Positions 8,483-20,447 of a DNA stretch of 64,000 bases are shown one piece after another; positions within the stretch are counted from its first letter, which is position 1; each line of letters starts with the position of its first letter. The DNA is taken from contig JBIKRQ010000001.1 in assembly GCA_044349155.1 (NCBI GenBank), forward strand, positions 6,418 through 70,417, in the 5' to 3' direction. The position numbers and the translations under genes were made by a program. This stretch comes from Myxococcota bacterium. GTDB lineage: Bacteria > Myxococcota > UBA727 > VGSZ01. The notes beneath the pieces are model-generated. The model worked only from the letters and a program-made list of their open reading frames with translations. It had not been told where the DNA came from and ran no database searches.

Positions 8483-8866
8483 ATGTCGGAGCAACACACG
8501 CCCGCAGCGCAGGCTGCGGCGCAGTACCTGGAGGTCTGTATGCAGCTCGTCCTCGAAGCCGGCGCGGTCGGCATCGTCATCGTCGTGGTATTTGTGGCCG
8601 CTCTTGCCGCACGGGTGACGGGGCGCGCGTCGTCGTCGACGCCGTGGGTGCTCGGCCTCTTGTCGCTCGGTGCTGTGGGGCAGGGGCTGGCACAACGCGC
8701 GGTGCGCGACGCCGTGCTGGGCCTCGAGAGCATCGACGTCGACGTCGCCCGCATCGTTGCCGTGGGCAGCGCCGAAGCGAGTGCCAACCTGCTGCTGGCT
8801 GGCAGCGCGGCGTTGGTGGTGCTGCTGGTGGGTCTGGCCCGCGACCGCGCGTCGACGTCTCCCTGA
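8483..8866 (+). CDS. small membrane protein (127 aa, ~3 hydrophobic helices)
   Basis: High GC3, with hydrophobic segments IVIVVVFVAALAA, WVLGLLSLGAV and LLLAGSAALVVLLVGLA. The antisense alternatives are S/T/A/R-rich junk frames. Confidence 0.4.
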   Translation: MSEQHTPAAQAAAQYLEVCMQLVLEAGAVGIVIVVVFVAALAARVTGRASSSTPWVLGLLSLGAVGQGLAQRAVRDAVLGLESIDVDVARIVAVGSAEASANLLLAGSAALVVLLVGLARDRASTSP

Positions 8867-9149
8867 CGTCGAGCACACGAACGTTGTCGGCTTCCTGAAC
8901 ACATGTTTCCCCCTGGTCGGTGTGGGCCCTGACCCCACGCCTGTACCGCCGCAACGCCTCGGCAATTCGTGCACAGGTGGCGCAGGTGTCGTTGTCAGCT
9001 GCGCAGATCCGGCTCGCCGGCATCAGCAGCACCGCGGCGCAGACGCGGCCTGTGGAACGATCTGCGGGAAGACGCGCCTCGGCGACAAAGGCCAGGGCGT
9101 CTCGCTTCGAGACTCAAACTGTCGGGGGCCATTTCTGCGCGGTCCTGCT

Positions 9150-11126
<1,977 letters not shown>

Positions 11127-11249
11127 CCTCGCTGCTGCGGGAACACGCACGTCGGCGGAGACGTTTCACCGCCCGCCGGCAAGAGACTCACGTCGTCGTC
11201 ACACCCCGCAGCGGGGTTCTCGTCGAGACGCACACACAAGAGGCAGCCC

Positions 11250-12203
11250 ATGACCCGTCGTGACCGCATCGTGTTGAACAAGGCTTCGTTGCGCGGCGTG
11301 TGGACCGCGTTGGTGACACCATTCACCGCCGACGACCGTGTCGACGTCGACGCGCTGCGGGCGTTGGTGCGTGAGCAGTTGGCGGCGGGTGTGGCGGGCC
11401 TCGTGCCGTGCGGCACCACGGGCGAGACGGCCACGATGAGCACCGCCGAGCAGGACCTCGTGATCACCACGGTGCTCGACGAGGTGAAGGGGGCGATTCC
11501 GATCGTTGCTGGTGCTGGTGCCAACGACACGAAGAAGGCCATCGAGCGGCACCAGCAGGTGCAGGGCCTCGTGAGCAGCGGCGGCTTCGTCGTCGACGGC
11601 GCGTTGCACGTCACGCCCTGGTACAACAAGCCCACACAAGACGGTTTGTTCGCGCACTTCATGGCCGTGGCGACGTCGGCCGAGCTGCCCATCATTCTGT
11701 ACAACGTGCCCGGCCGTACCGGTGTCGACATGCTGCCCGACACGGTGCTCAAGCTCGTCGTCGCCGACCGCCGCTTCGTGGGCATCAAGGAAGCCACGGG
11801 TTCGGTGCAGCGCAGCCAGGATCTGCTCAACGCATTTCATGCAGCAGGCAAGGGCAACGACGTCGCCATCTTGTCGGGCGACGACGGCCACATCCTCAGC
11901 CTGCTCGCCCTTGGTGGCGATGGCGTGATCAGCGTGACCTCGCACCTGTGCGCGCGCGAACTCGCCCAGATGGTGAAGGCGTTCGACGCTGGCGACATGG
12001 CCACAGCGCAGGCGTTGTCGCGTCGCACGTCGCCACTGTCGAACCACATGTTCTTTCGCAGCAACCCCATCCCCGTGAAAACCGCCCTCGCCATGCGTGG
12101 TCAGGCAGGCATCGCCGCACGGTTCCGCTTGCCGCTGGTGCCGCTGTCGGAGAGCGAGACCGCGGAGTTGAAGCAGCGTTTGACGTCGTCGGGCTGGCTG
12201 TAG
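11250..12203 (+). CDS. dapA: 4-hydroxy-tetrahydrodipicolinate synthase
   Basis: Conserved DapA motifs GVWTALVTPF, PCGTTGE, YNVPGRTG and IKEATG. SD AAGAGG is 6 nt upstream of the ATG. Confidence 0.9.
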   Translation: MTRRDRIVLNKASLRGVWTALVTPFTADDRVDVDALRALVREQLAAGVAGLVPCGTTGETATMSTAEQDLVITTVLDEVKGAIPIVAGAGANDTKKAIERHQQVQGLVSSGGFVVDGALHVTPWYNKPTQDGLFAHFMAVATSAELPIILYNVPGRTGVDMLPDTVLKLVVADRRFVGIKEATGSVQRSQDLLNAFHAAGKGNDVAILSGDDGHILSLLALGGDGVISVTSHLCARELAQMVKAFDAGDMATAQALSRRTSPLSNHMFFRSNPIPVKTALAMRGQAGIAARFRLPLVPLSESETAELKQRLTSSGWL

Positions 12204-12230
12204 CCGCTGACCTGCACTCCGGAGGGGACC

Positions 12231-13022
12231 ATGACTCGCTTGTTTGTCGTCGTTGTTGGCGCGCGTGGTCGCCTTGGTCGGCTGGTGCTCGACGAGGTGC
12301 AGCTGCGCACCGACGTCGACCTCGCTGGTGCCGTGAACCGCTCGGGCCTCGTGTCTGACCCCGACGCGGTCGTGGTGGTGGGCCCCGACATGGTCGATGT
12401 GTTGGCGCGCTGTCCACAGCGGCCGTTGGTGGTGGTCGACGTCGCCACGCCGGGGGCCACGGCCGTGCACGCAGCGGCGTGTGCAGCGGCAGGTGTTCCG
12501 TACGTGTGCGCCACCACGGGCCTGTCGGTCGACGACAAAGCAGCGCTCGTCGCAGCGGCCACGAAGGTGCCGGTGTTGGTGGCGGCGAACCTCTCGCCCG
12601 GTGCGCACCTGGTGGCCTTGCTCGCGCAGCAGGCGGCCCAGGCGATGCCCGAGGCCGACGTCGAGCTCGTCGAGGTGCACCACAAAAAGAAGGTCGATGC
12701 GCCGTCGGGCACGGCCCTCATGCTCGCGGAGGCAGTTGCTGCGGGGCGTGCCTCGAGCAGCATTGTGAGTGGTCGACATGGCGCGAGCGCGCGTCAGCCC
12801 GGCGAGATTGGCATCGCTGCCGTGCGCGGTGGCGACGTCGTGGGCGAACACACCGTCACGTTCTTCGCCGACGGCGAACGCGTCGAACTCGTGCACAAGG
12901 TCTCTGACCGCCGCATCTTCGCCAAAGGGGCCCTCGACGCCGCGACGTGGCTCGTGGGCCGAAGCCCTGGCACCTGGGGCATGCAAGACGTGCTCAAGAG
13001 TCGGTTGTCGTCGACGCTGTGA
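12231..13022 (+). CDS. dapB: 4-hydroxy-tetrahydrodipicolinate reductase
   Basis: Conserved DapB signature VELVEVHHKKKVDAPSGTA, plus EHTVTF. SD GGAGG is 5 nt upstream. It lies 27 nt downstream of dapA. Confidence 0.85.
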   Translation: MTRLFVVVVGARGRLGRLVLDEVQLRTDVDLAGAVNRSGLVSDPDAVVVVGPDMVDVLARCPQRPLVVVDVATPGATAVHAAACAAAGVPYVCATTGLSVDDKAALVAAATKVPVLVAANLSPGAHLVALLAQQAAQAMPEADVELVEVHHKKKVDAPSGTALMLAEAVAAGRASSSIVSGRHGASARQPGEIGIAAVRGGDVVGEHTVTFFADGERVELVHKVSDRRIFAKGALDAATWLVGRSPGTWGMQDVLKSRLSSTL

Positions 13023-13027
13023 GCGCG

Positions 13028-13056
13028 GCCGCTCGTTGATCCATCCAACGAGCGGC
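13028..13056. terminator. bidirectional hairpin (11-bp stem, 7-nt loop) between convergent dapB and the PilX-N gene
   Basis: gccgctcgttg-atccatc-caacgagcggc read from the sequence. There is no U-tract, which is common in high-GC genomes. Confidence 0.45.
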
Positions 13057-13073
13057 GCGGCCCACGCCCATGT

Positions 13074-16000
13074 TCAGCGACGCACCCAGCGCAAGCGGTC
13101 CGTGTCGACCACCAGCGGCGCACCGGGGGCAAGACCGCCCGGGCCGTCGTTGCTCGGGTCGTAGGTGATCGAGCGGCGTGCCGACTCCCAGGCGTATTCA
13201 AATCCGGGATTCAAGCGGCAATCTCGAGATCTTGTTTGTTGGAGGTCCTGGCCACCACAAGCAGAGAACATGTTGGGCATAAAGCCCTGATTCAGGATGT
13301 GCTTGCCGTTGGCTTCTCTGCTGTAGAACATGGCAACCACGCTGCCATTGACAAAGAAGTCGATGTAGGCGGCGTTCGACAGCTGCGCCCAGCTCTCCTG
13401 GAAGCGAAAAATGCCGTAGATACCTTCATCAAGCGACGCATATGTCCAATTGGCGTTGTTGCCAGTGACCGTGTATGAGTCGTTTTTGATGTGATTTACG
13501 CCATAAGATGGATACGCTTGGTCTTGTGGACAGCTCCAGGTCGTGCCGGTCAAAATCGAGAGATTGATGGCCAATTGGTCGCCATTGGCTGCCTGTGGAA
13601 GGTTTGCCAACGCCGGGTCAATCACCGACGGCACGCCCTGGCCATTCGGGTCGATCAAGGCACTGCGGTCGCGGGTGAAGATGACGTCGCTGCCGGTGGT
13701 GAACAGCGCTGTGGTGTCGACAGGAGCGAAACCATTGCTGCCAAGGATGCTCCTGTAGGTGACGTCGAACGCGGCACCACCTGATGCCAGCATGCCGCTC
13801 ACCATGGCGTTGCCGGCGCCCACGGTGCCGCGCTGCGGCTGGACGGGCGGCATGAGCACGGCGGTGGGCGACAGCGTGCCGCTGTACGTGATCGCGGCGA
13901 CGCTGTTGTTGTCGGCGAGGTGGTGGCGGCTGTTGAGCGTGCAGCGCATCCAGTCACGCACCGCTTCGCGATCGTTGCGCGCGGTGGGGGTGTTGCGCGT
14001 CGAGAACGCCGCGTTGCTCGTGTTGAAGTCGAGGAACAGGTCGAGGTCGACGAACGACTCCAGCGGTGCGTACGCGACGAAGGCATTCATCAGCCTGTCG
14101 GCCGTGAGTGCCGTTTCAGCGCCGTCGAGGACGCCGTTGCGGCTGTCGTCGTCAAACAGCGCTGTAGGTGCTGCGGCTCGCAGATCCACTCGCCAATCGC
14201 GCGCCACGGCAGCCGGGGCGTACACGTGCGGGAAGTTGTCGGCAGCGTTGGGAACCGTCGTGCGACGGCGCAGCAAAAGCTCACGGAGCAGGTTGCTGCA
14301 CGGCGCCGGTGATGCGGGCTGCGAGCCAGCCGTGACGACGTAGTCGGTGTCGACCGCACCCCAGGTTTGATTGCCCGGCAAGATCTCGTTGCCGGCAGCG
14401 ACGTTCACCGTCGCGAGCTGCCCCACGGGGGCAAATGGATTGCCCGCGAGCGTGTTGAACTTGTCCGACAGGAACGTGACCGCGTCGCCCGCCACCGACG
14501 CAGGCACCTTGCCCACGGTGTAGCCAGCGCGCGAGGCGTTGAAGCCGCCAACGAGGGTGTTCACGTCGCCTTGCAGGTAGAGCGGGGCGTTGGTCGCAAA
14601 CGTAAAGCCCCGCTCACGACCGCCGGCAAACACCGTCGGCAAACGTTGCGCGTCGCGCAGCAGCACACCGGTTTCGACGAGCTCGTTGCGGCCACGGTCG
14701 ATGACGCCGTCGCCATTGCCCTGGGGCAGGCGCAGCGGGCCATCGCCCAGACCCTGCACACGCGCGGCAGTGGGCGCGCAGAACGCCGACGACGGGTAGT
14801 AGGGATTGTCGAGGCGGGTGGCGCTCGTGACGTTGTCGTTGGCGAGCTGTGCTGGGCTGAGGGCGGAGAAGCCGTAGTTCGTCGACATCTGACCGCGGAG
14901 GTAGTGCGGCAGGTCGAGGAAGTCGGCGTTGCAGTTGCCACCACCATCGAGGGCGTAGAAGGCGGCGTCGGGGTTGAGGCCCCAGTTGTCGACGGGCGCG
15001 TTGAGGGTCTCGCCGAAAAAGATCACGCCATTGAAGCCCGCGGAGTCGAGAAACGGCAGGCAGCGCGTGAGGCGGTGCACGTCGACCACCTGCACGCGAC
15101 GCATGCGTCGATCCTGGAAGTCCCAGAAGCGCTCGTCCTGGATGGCCGGCACGCCATCGCTGTTGGCGACGCTGTTGTCGGTGCCTGGGGCGTAGCCGTA
15201 GTAGACGCACTGGGTCTCGATCGACGTCGGGTCCGACTGCGAGAACCACGGGTCGTAGCTGCCGCTGGCGTTTCTGCGGGTCCACACCCCGTCGACGACG
15301 CGGATGCCGGCGCGGTGCGCGAACTTCACCTGCTTGAGCGCGCCGGTGTCGGCGGGGCGCGGCAGATCGATGACCTGCCAGTCGGGCGAGAGCGGCACGC
15401 CAGCCAGAGGCGTGTTGACGGTGTTGCCGGTGCTCTCGTCGATGCCGCAGGTATCAGGCACGCCCACCACCTTCGCTGTGAACGAGGCGGCGTCGACACC
15501 GGTGGGCAAGCTGAGCTTCTGTGTGCCGTGGGCCTCGTCGCGAATGAACGGCAGGTTCGTCGTCGTGTAGCTGAGCCACGACAGGCCACCGGGGCACGTG
15601 ACCCTGTTCGTTGGAGCGTTGTCGCACGGCAGGGTGACGTCGACGCCACCAGCGTTGTTGGTATCAAGCCCGGGCGCACGACCAGAGACCTGCGACGCTG
15701 TCTGCGAGATCGCGCGCAGGTGCACGTGGCCCGGCGTGGTGAGCAACGGCTTGAGGAACTCGATGTCGTTGGCACCGTCGCCGAAGAAGAAGCCGGTGTT
15801 GCTGTGGATGCGCCCGCTCACCGCTGAGGCTTCGGGGAGGTAGTACTCGATGGGCCCATCCATGAAGAGCGCGAACTGAAACACCGGGATGAGGTTGACC
15901 TGCACCGCGTCGGCGACGGTGGCGCGCGCGTTGCCCACCGACGACGACGCGAGCACCTGTATCGGCAGCTGACTGGCGATGAGGCCGCGATATGGGCCCG

Positions 16001-16379
16001 TGGTCAGCGGTGTTGGCGTGGGCGTTGGTGAAGGTGGCAGCGTCGACGTGGCGCCGGTGTCTTTGTCGAGCAGGTACTTGATGCTGTACTCGGGAAACGA
16101 CGCCGTGGGTGCTGCTGTCGCCAGCTGGGCCAGGGCCGTGGCGGTGAGCGTGGTGACGTCGGGCGTGGGGTTGATGCGCAGCGCTTCGCTGACGAGGCTG
16201 GTGCCCACCGCAACACCCGCTTCTGCTGCGTACAACGCGCGTACCGCGTTCTCCTGCTGACGCCCTTCATCGCGATCGCGCGACGTGGCGTACAGCAAGA
16301 TGCCCGACAACGCCGCGAGGACGATGCCAAACACGAGCACGAAGATGATGGCGTACCCACGAGGTGTGCTGCGGTTCAT
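13074..16379 (-). CDS. large (1,101 aa) type IV pilus protein with a PilX-type pseudopilin N-terminus and a long secreted C-terminal region (possible PilX/PilY1-like tip-associated protein)
   Basis: The start is the internal MNRSTPRGYAIIFVLVFGIVLAALSGILLYATSRDRDEG, which matches the PilX N-terminal pattern. It forms an ATGA stop/start overlap with pilW (16376..16379). The 210-codon upstream extension in the ORF track is Arg/His-rich junk. Confidence 0.7.
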   Translation of the reverse strand: MNRSTPRGYAIIFVLVFGIVLAALSGILLYATSRDRDEGRQQENAVRALYAAEAGVAVGTSLVSEALRINPTPDVTTLTATALAQLATAAPTASFPEYSIKYLLDKDTGATSTLPPSPTPTPTPLTTGPYRGLIASQLPIQVLASSSVGNARATVADAVQVNLIPVFQFALFMDGPIEYYLPEASAVSGRIHSNTGFFFGDGANDIEFLKPLLTTPGHVHLRAISQTASQVSGRAPGLDTNNAGGVDVTLPCDNAPTNRVTCPGGLSWLSYTTTNLPFIRDEAHGTQKLSLPTGVDAASFTAKVVGVPDTCGIDESTGNTVNTPLAGVPLSPDWQVIDLPRPADTGALKQVKFAHRAGIRVVDGVWTRRNASGSYDPWFSQSDPTSIETQCVYYGYAPGTDNSVANSDGVPAIQDERFWDFQDRRMRRVQVVDVHRLTRCLPFLDSAGFNGVIFFGETLNAPVDNWGLNPDAAFYALDGGGNCNADFLDLPHYLRGQMSTNYGFSALSPAQLANDNVTSATRLDNPYYPSSAFCAPTAARVQGLGDGPLRLPQGNGDGVIDRGRNELVETGVLLRDAQRLPTVFAGGRERGFTFATNAPLYLQGDVNTLVGGFNASRAGYTVGKVPASVAGDAVTFLSDKFNTLAGNPFAPVGQLATVNVAAGNEILPGNQTWGAVDTDYVVTAGSQPASPAPCSNLLRELLLRRRTTVPNAADNFPHVYAPAAVARDWRVDLRAAAPTALFDDDSRNGVLDGAETALTADRLMNAFVAYAPLESFVDLDLFLDFNTSNAAFSTRNTPTARNDREAVRDWMRCTLNSRHHLADNNSVAAITYSGTLSPTAVLMPPVQPQRGTVGAGNAMVSGMLASGGAAFDVTYRSILGSNGFAPVDTTALFTTGSDVIFTRDRSALIDPNGQGVPSVIDPALANLPQAANGDQLAINLSILTGTTWSCPQDQAYPSYGVNHIKNDSYTVTGNNANWTYASLDEGIYGIFRFQESWAQLSNAAYIDFFVNGSVVAMFYSREANGKHILNQGFMPNMFSACGGQDLQQTRSRDCRLNPGFEYAWESARRSITYDPSNDGPGGLAPGAPLVVDTDRLRWVRR

Positions 16380-17407
16380 GTGCCGCTCCTGTTGCGTGCT
16401 GCGGCGGTGATGAAGCTGCCGCGGTACCGGCGCTTGCCCGGCAATGCAGCAGTGCTGTGGTTGGAGAACATCGACGGTGGCGGAACGACGAAGCCGTCGG
16501 ACGCGGCCTTGCCAAACGCAAGCAGGCCGATGTGCAGGCCGAGAAAATTGTTGGCGTTCGCGCCCGCGGGCAGCGTGCCACTCAGGCTGTCGGTGGAGGC
16601 GATCTCCGACGCAGCGACGACGCCGTCGCCGTTGATGTCGTACCAGCGCTCCACCTGCAGGTCGGCGATGTTCTCGGCGATGATGGCGCTCGCTCCACCG
16701 TTGACCGAACGTCGCAACGAAGGCGCATCGGTGGTGCCGGCAATCTCGTAGCGAAAGCTGGTGCCAAAGGCGAAGGCGATGGGGTTTATCTCGGTGAGCA
16801 CATCCGCGAGGTTCGTGTGCGTCGTGCCGTACTTGCCGTTGTAGGCGGTGACGGCCTGCGCCCCACCAGCGCCCACCGGCAACACGAGGTTGCAGCTGGC
16901 TGCATTCGAGAGATGCCCCGACACATCGATCGACCGTGAGGCACCGATGACGATGAGGCGGTGGCCGTCGATGTCGGAACTCGAGCACCCCGTGAGTCCG
17001 ATCGGACACACAGCGGGGCTGCCACGAAACGCAACGCTCGACGTGACGCCAGCGGTGCCGGTGATGCCCACGCTGCCACCGCAGACGGACTCGTCACGCT
17101 TGAAGAGTGTGAAGGCATCGGAGCCATCAAGGCCGTCGGCCTCCTCGACGATCACCAGGTCGCCGCTTTGCGACAGCTCGCCGCCGATGCCCTGACTGTC
17201 GCGCAAGATCGCGTGGCTCGCTTGCCGCAAGCGCACCTGCGCATCCGACACGTTCGTCTCTGAACTCAGCCGCGTGACCATCATGACGACGAGCGATGTG
17301 AGTGCCGCTATCAAGATGAGCGCGATGGTTTGGCTGACCATCACCTCGAGCAGCGTCATGCCGCGCGCTGTCGATCGGCGCTCAGCGAATGGTTTGCACG
17401 ATGACAT
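16376..17407 (-). CDS. pilW: type IV pilus assembly protein PilW-like minor pilin
   Basis: MSSCKPFAERRSTARG|MTLLEVMVSQTIALILIAALTSLVVMMVTRL carries the prepilin cleavage/N-methylation motif. GGGAG SD lies 6 nt upstream. Confidence 0.7.
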   Translation of the reverse strand: MSSCKPFAERRSTARGMTLLEVMVSQTIALILIAALTSLVVMMVTRLSSETNVSDAQVRLRQASHAILRDSQGIGGELSQSGDLVIVEEADGLDGSDAFTLFKRDESVCGGSVGITGTAGVTSSVAFRGSPAVCPIGLTGCSSSDIDGHRLIVIGASRSIDVSGHLSNAASCNLVLPVGAGGAQAVTAYNGKYGTTHTNLADVLTEINPIAFAFGTSFRYEIAGTTDAPSLRRSVNGGASAIIAENIADLQVERWYDINGDGVVAASEIASTDSLSGTLPAGANANNFLGLHIGLLAFGKAASDGFVVPPPSMFSNHSTAALPGKRRYRGSFITAAARNRSGT

Positions 17408-17846
17408 GGCGGCTCCCGTTGAGGACTGGGTAGAGCACGACGACGCGGATGTTCTTGAGGTCGGCCGAGGGGCTGCCGTCGGTGACGCGCCAACACAGGT
17501 CGTACACGCCGGCAGCATCGGGGTCGCCGAGCTCGTTGACGCGAAAGTGCTGTGGGCCAGTGGTCATCGTGCACAGCGCGTCGGCGGCAGTGCCGGCACC
17601 TGCGGCGCTGGCGGTGTTGGCGTCGAGGGTGGTGGAGTTCCTGGGGATCGCCGCCAACAACTCCATGCGCTGCTGCGCAATGCTGAAGGCGATCCACTCG
17701 TGCTTCGCGCTGGCCTGGTTCACGACGCTGTCGTGAAAGGCGACAACGGCGGTGCCAACGACGAGGCCACTCAACGCGAGGGCCACCATCACTTCCACCA
17801 GCGAGAACCCGCGACCGCGACGTCGAAACAGACTTCGGTGGTGCAT
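17382..17846 (-). CDS. pilV: type IV pilus minor pilin PilV-like
   Basis: MHHRSLFRRRGRG|FSLVEVMVALALSGLVVGTAVVAF prepilin-type N-terminus. GGGAG SD is present, and the start lies 1 nt after the stop of the upstream pseudopilin gene. Confidence 0.7.
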   Translation of the reverse strand: MHHRSLFRRRGRGFSLVEVMVALALSGLVVGTAVVAFHDSVVNQASAKHEWIAFSIAQQRMELLAAIPRNSTTLDANTASAAGAGTAADALCTMTTGPQHFRVNELGDPDAAGVYDLCWRVTDGSPSADLKNIRVVVLYPVLNGSRHVIVQTIR

Positions 17847-17847
17847 C

Positions 17848-18426
17848 TCAGCTCCCGCGCTTCAGGTCGATGGTGCCGAGTGCGGCGCGCACGCGGAGGT
17901 GGTAGGTGTCGTCGCCAGCCGTGAAGACGATGTCGGCGTCGCTCGACGCGAGGCTGCCCGCCGGACACGCCGTTGGTTCGCCGCCGCCCGCGAGGTGGTG
18001 GTAGCCGTCGCTCGACGCACAAAACCGCAGCACCGCCAACGGTCCCGCGGGGGTGCTGCTCAAGACCGTGCCCGCAGCGTCGAGCAGGTCGAGGCGCACG
18101 AACTTGCCGTTGCCCTGAATGAAGATGTCGCGCGCGGGCGTGAAGCTGTCGATCACCTTGCGAACGACTTCGGCTGGCGCTGTGGCGGGCGAGAAGGTGG
18201 CTGTGCCGAGGGTGACGTGGTCGGGCAGCACCTGCAGCTGCACCGGTGCGTTCTCACGCTGGCTCAGGCCTCGTGCTGCGGTGGTGGCGGCGAGGGCCGA
18301 GCGGGCTGCCTCGGCGGCGCGGTACTGGCGCGCCATCGATGTCAGATTGGGCACGGCGATCGTCGCCAAAATTCCGACGATCGCCACCACGATCATCAGC
18401 TCCAACAACGTCATCGCGCGCATCAT
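17848..18426 (-). CDS. FimT/GspH-like type IV pseudopilin
   Basis: The internal start MMRAMTLLELMIVVAIVGILATIAVPN is a prepilin-like N-terminus with Ala at -1 instead of Gly. The 20-codon upstream extension is rejected. Confidence 0.6.
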   Translation of the reverse strand: MMRAMTLLELMIVVAIVGILATIAVPNLTSMARQYRAAEAARSALAATTAARGLSQRENAPVQLQVLPDHVTLGTATFSPATAPAEVVRKVIDSFTPARDIFIQGNGKFVRLDLLDAAGTVLSSTPAGPLAVLRFCASSDGYHHLAGGGEPTACPAGSLASSDADIVFTAGDDTYHLRVRAALGTIDLKRGS

Positions 18427-18514
18427 CAGCTGACGCTGACAGGTCCGTTGTCGACACCGCGACTGATCCGTTGTGCTGTGGCTCACAACGTCTCGAAAAG
18501 CGGTGAGGTTTGCC

Positions 18515-19744
18515 TCACTTCACGGTGATGCGTGCCCATTTCGTCTTGCCGGCGCGCACTGCGTGGGTGCCGAGGGCGAGTTCGAACTTCACGTCCGACA
18601 CCTTCTCGCCGTTCACGTTCAGGCCGCCCTGCGTGATCAACGCGCGCGCTTTCGACTTGCTCTCCAGCAGACCGGTGTCGGTGAGCGCATCCACAACAGC
18701 GACGGCCGCACTGGTTTCGAGCGTGTAGCTCGGCGCGTCGTCGGGGATGGCGCCCTTGTTCTCCTTCGAGAACAGCCGCAGGAAGTCGGCCACCGCCTGG
18801 TCGCCTGCTTCTTTGCCGTGAAAGCGCGTGACGATTTCGCGCGCGAGCTCGACCTTGGCGTCGCGTGGATGGCCTGCCTTGAGGGCCGCGATCTCGTCGT
18901 CGGTCTTTGCCGACAGCAGCGTGTACATGCGCCACATGTGGGCATCACACACGCTCATCACCTTGCCGAACTGCATCTGCGGCTCGTCGAACACGGCGAT
19001 GGTGTTGCCGAGGGACTTCGACATCTTGGGGCCAACGACGACGCCGTTTTCTTCGCGCGCGTCAGTCCCCTCGAGGATCGGCAGCGTCATGATGCACTGC
19101 GGTTCCTGCCCGTAGCTGCGCATGAGGTCGCGGCCGACGAGGAGGTTGAACTTTTGGTCGGTGCCACCGAGCTCGACGTCGGCCTTGAGCGCGACAGAGT
19201 CGTAGCCCTGCGCGAGCGGGTACAAAAGCTCGTGGAGCGAGATGGGGCGGCCTTCGCTCAAGCGCTTGCTGAAGTCGTCGCGCTCGATCATGCGCGCCAC
19301 CGAGTACTTGCCGGCGAGGCGAATGACGTCGTCGAAGCTCATCTGCCCGAGCCACTCGGAGTTGAAGCGGATGACGGTCTTGCGCTCGTCGAGGATCTTG
19401 AAGACCTGCCGCTTGTAGGTGGCGGCGTTCTGCACGATTTCGTCTTCGGTCAGCGGCGGACGCGTGCTGTTTTTGCCCGTGGGGTCGCCGATGCGCGCGG
19501 TGAAGTCGCCGATGAGAAACACCACCGTGTGGCCGAGCTCTTGAAACTGGCGCAGCTTGTTGATGACGACGGTGTGGCCCAGATGCAGGTCGGGCGAGGT
19601 TGGGTCGGCACCGAGCTTGATGATGAGCGGCTTGTCTTTGGCACGGCTCTCGGTGAGCTTCTTTTTCAGCTCGGCCACCACTTCGACGTCGACACAACCA
19701 CGAGAGAGGATGGCCAACTGTTCTTCGACGGGCGCAAACGGCAT
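18515..19744 (-). CDS. tyrS: tyrosine--tRNA ligase
   Basis: Class I aminoacyl-tRNA synthetase HIGH motif ([10 protein letters not shown]) and KMSKS motif, plus a C-terminal S4-like domain. The start MPFAPVEEQ has GAGGT upstream. The 355-codon upstream extension in the ORF track is rejected. Confidence 0.9.
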   Translation of the reverse strand: MPFAPVEEQLAILSRGCVDVEVVAELKKKLTESRAKDKPLIIKLGADPTSPDLHLGHTVVINKLRQFQELGHTVVFLIGDFTARIGDPTGKNSTRPPLTEDEIVQNAATYKRQVFKILDERKTVIRFNSEWLGQMSFDDVIRLAGKYSVARMIERDDFSKRLSEGRPISLHELLYPLAQGYDSVALKADVELGGTDQKFNLLVGRDLMRSYGQEPQCIMTLPILEGTDAREENGVVVGPKMSKSLGNTIAVFDEPQMQFGKVMSVCDAHMWRMYTLLSAKTDDEIAALKAGHPRDAKVELAREIVTRFHGKEAGDQAVADFLRLFSKENKGAIPDDAPSYTLETSAAVAVVDALTDTGLLESKSKARALITQGGLNVNGEKVSDVKFELALGTHAVRAGKTKWARITVK

Positions 19745-19847
19745 CTCAAACCTCGACTCAAGCCGACAACCAGGCAGGCCACGCAGCACACGCGTGACGA
19801 CGCACGGCGTTAGCGCCCCGGATCGCAGTTGTCGACGCTGCGTGTGG

Positions 19848-20447
19848 TTAGCCGGTGTGCAGCAGGCCCGCTGCCGGCGAACACAGCCAGTGCAGGCGCA
19901 CGTCGTGGGGCTCGCGGGGGACGCGCGGCCACCACTGCTCGTCGCCCAGCACGCCGACGACGCGCTCGAGGTCGACGCCCAACAGGGCGCGGTCGTAAAA
20001 GCCGCGGCCGTAGCCGAGGCGGGAGCCGTCGACGCTGAAGAGCACGCCGGGGACCACCACCAGCGCGCACGCCGACAACGCAATCGTTGGTGACGACGAC
20101 GACGGCGTGGGAATGCCGAAGCGGTCGAGGGGCAAGCCGTGGATGTCGCCGTCGACGACGTGAAACACGAGTTCGTCGCCGTGGATGCGCGGGACGGCCA
20201 CCGCACAGCCTGCTGAGCGCGCCGCACGCTCGAGGGGACGCACGTCGAGTTCGTCGGCGCGCGAGGCAAACAGGGCGATCGTCGTCGAGGTCGTGACCGC
20301 TGTCGGCCACAACGACGAACGCACCAGATGCTGCGCGACCTGGTGGCCCGCGTCGATGAACGTCGAAGGTGCGAGGGCCGCACGTGCAGCGCGTTGATCG
20401 CGGCGCAGGCGCTGCTTCTCGGCGCTGACGTCGTCGTGCGCGGACAT
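19848..20447 (-). CDS. 5-formyltetrahydrofolate cyclo-ligase
   Basis: The GYGRGFYDR motif is diagnostic of the MTHFS/YgfA family. The start is immediately adjacent to the stop of the upstream adenosyltransferase gene. Confidence 0.75.
   Translation of the reverse strand: MSAHDDVSAEKQRLRRDQRAARAALAPSTFIDAGHQVAQHLVRSSLWPTAVTTSTTIALFASRADELDVRPLERAARSAGCAVAVPRIHGDELVFHVVDGDIHGLPLDRFGIPTPSSSSPTIALSACALVVVPGVLFSVDGSRLGYGRGFYDRALLGVDLERVVGVLGDEQWWPRVPREPHDVRLHWLCSPAAGLLHTG

Noticed and set aside
11199-12986. 595-aa minus-strand ORF, plus plus-strand ORF 11408..12358
   Set aside because: They are antisense to or out of frame with dapA and dapB, which have clear family motifs and SD sequences.
18473-19813. 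446-aa plus-strand ORF, plus minus ORFs 19062..19697 and 19810..20472
   Set aside because: They overlap tyrS and the MTHFS gene on the wrong strand or frame. The HIGH/KMSKS-containing frame is unambiguous.
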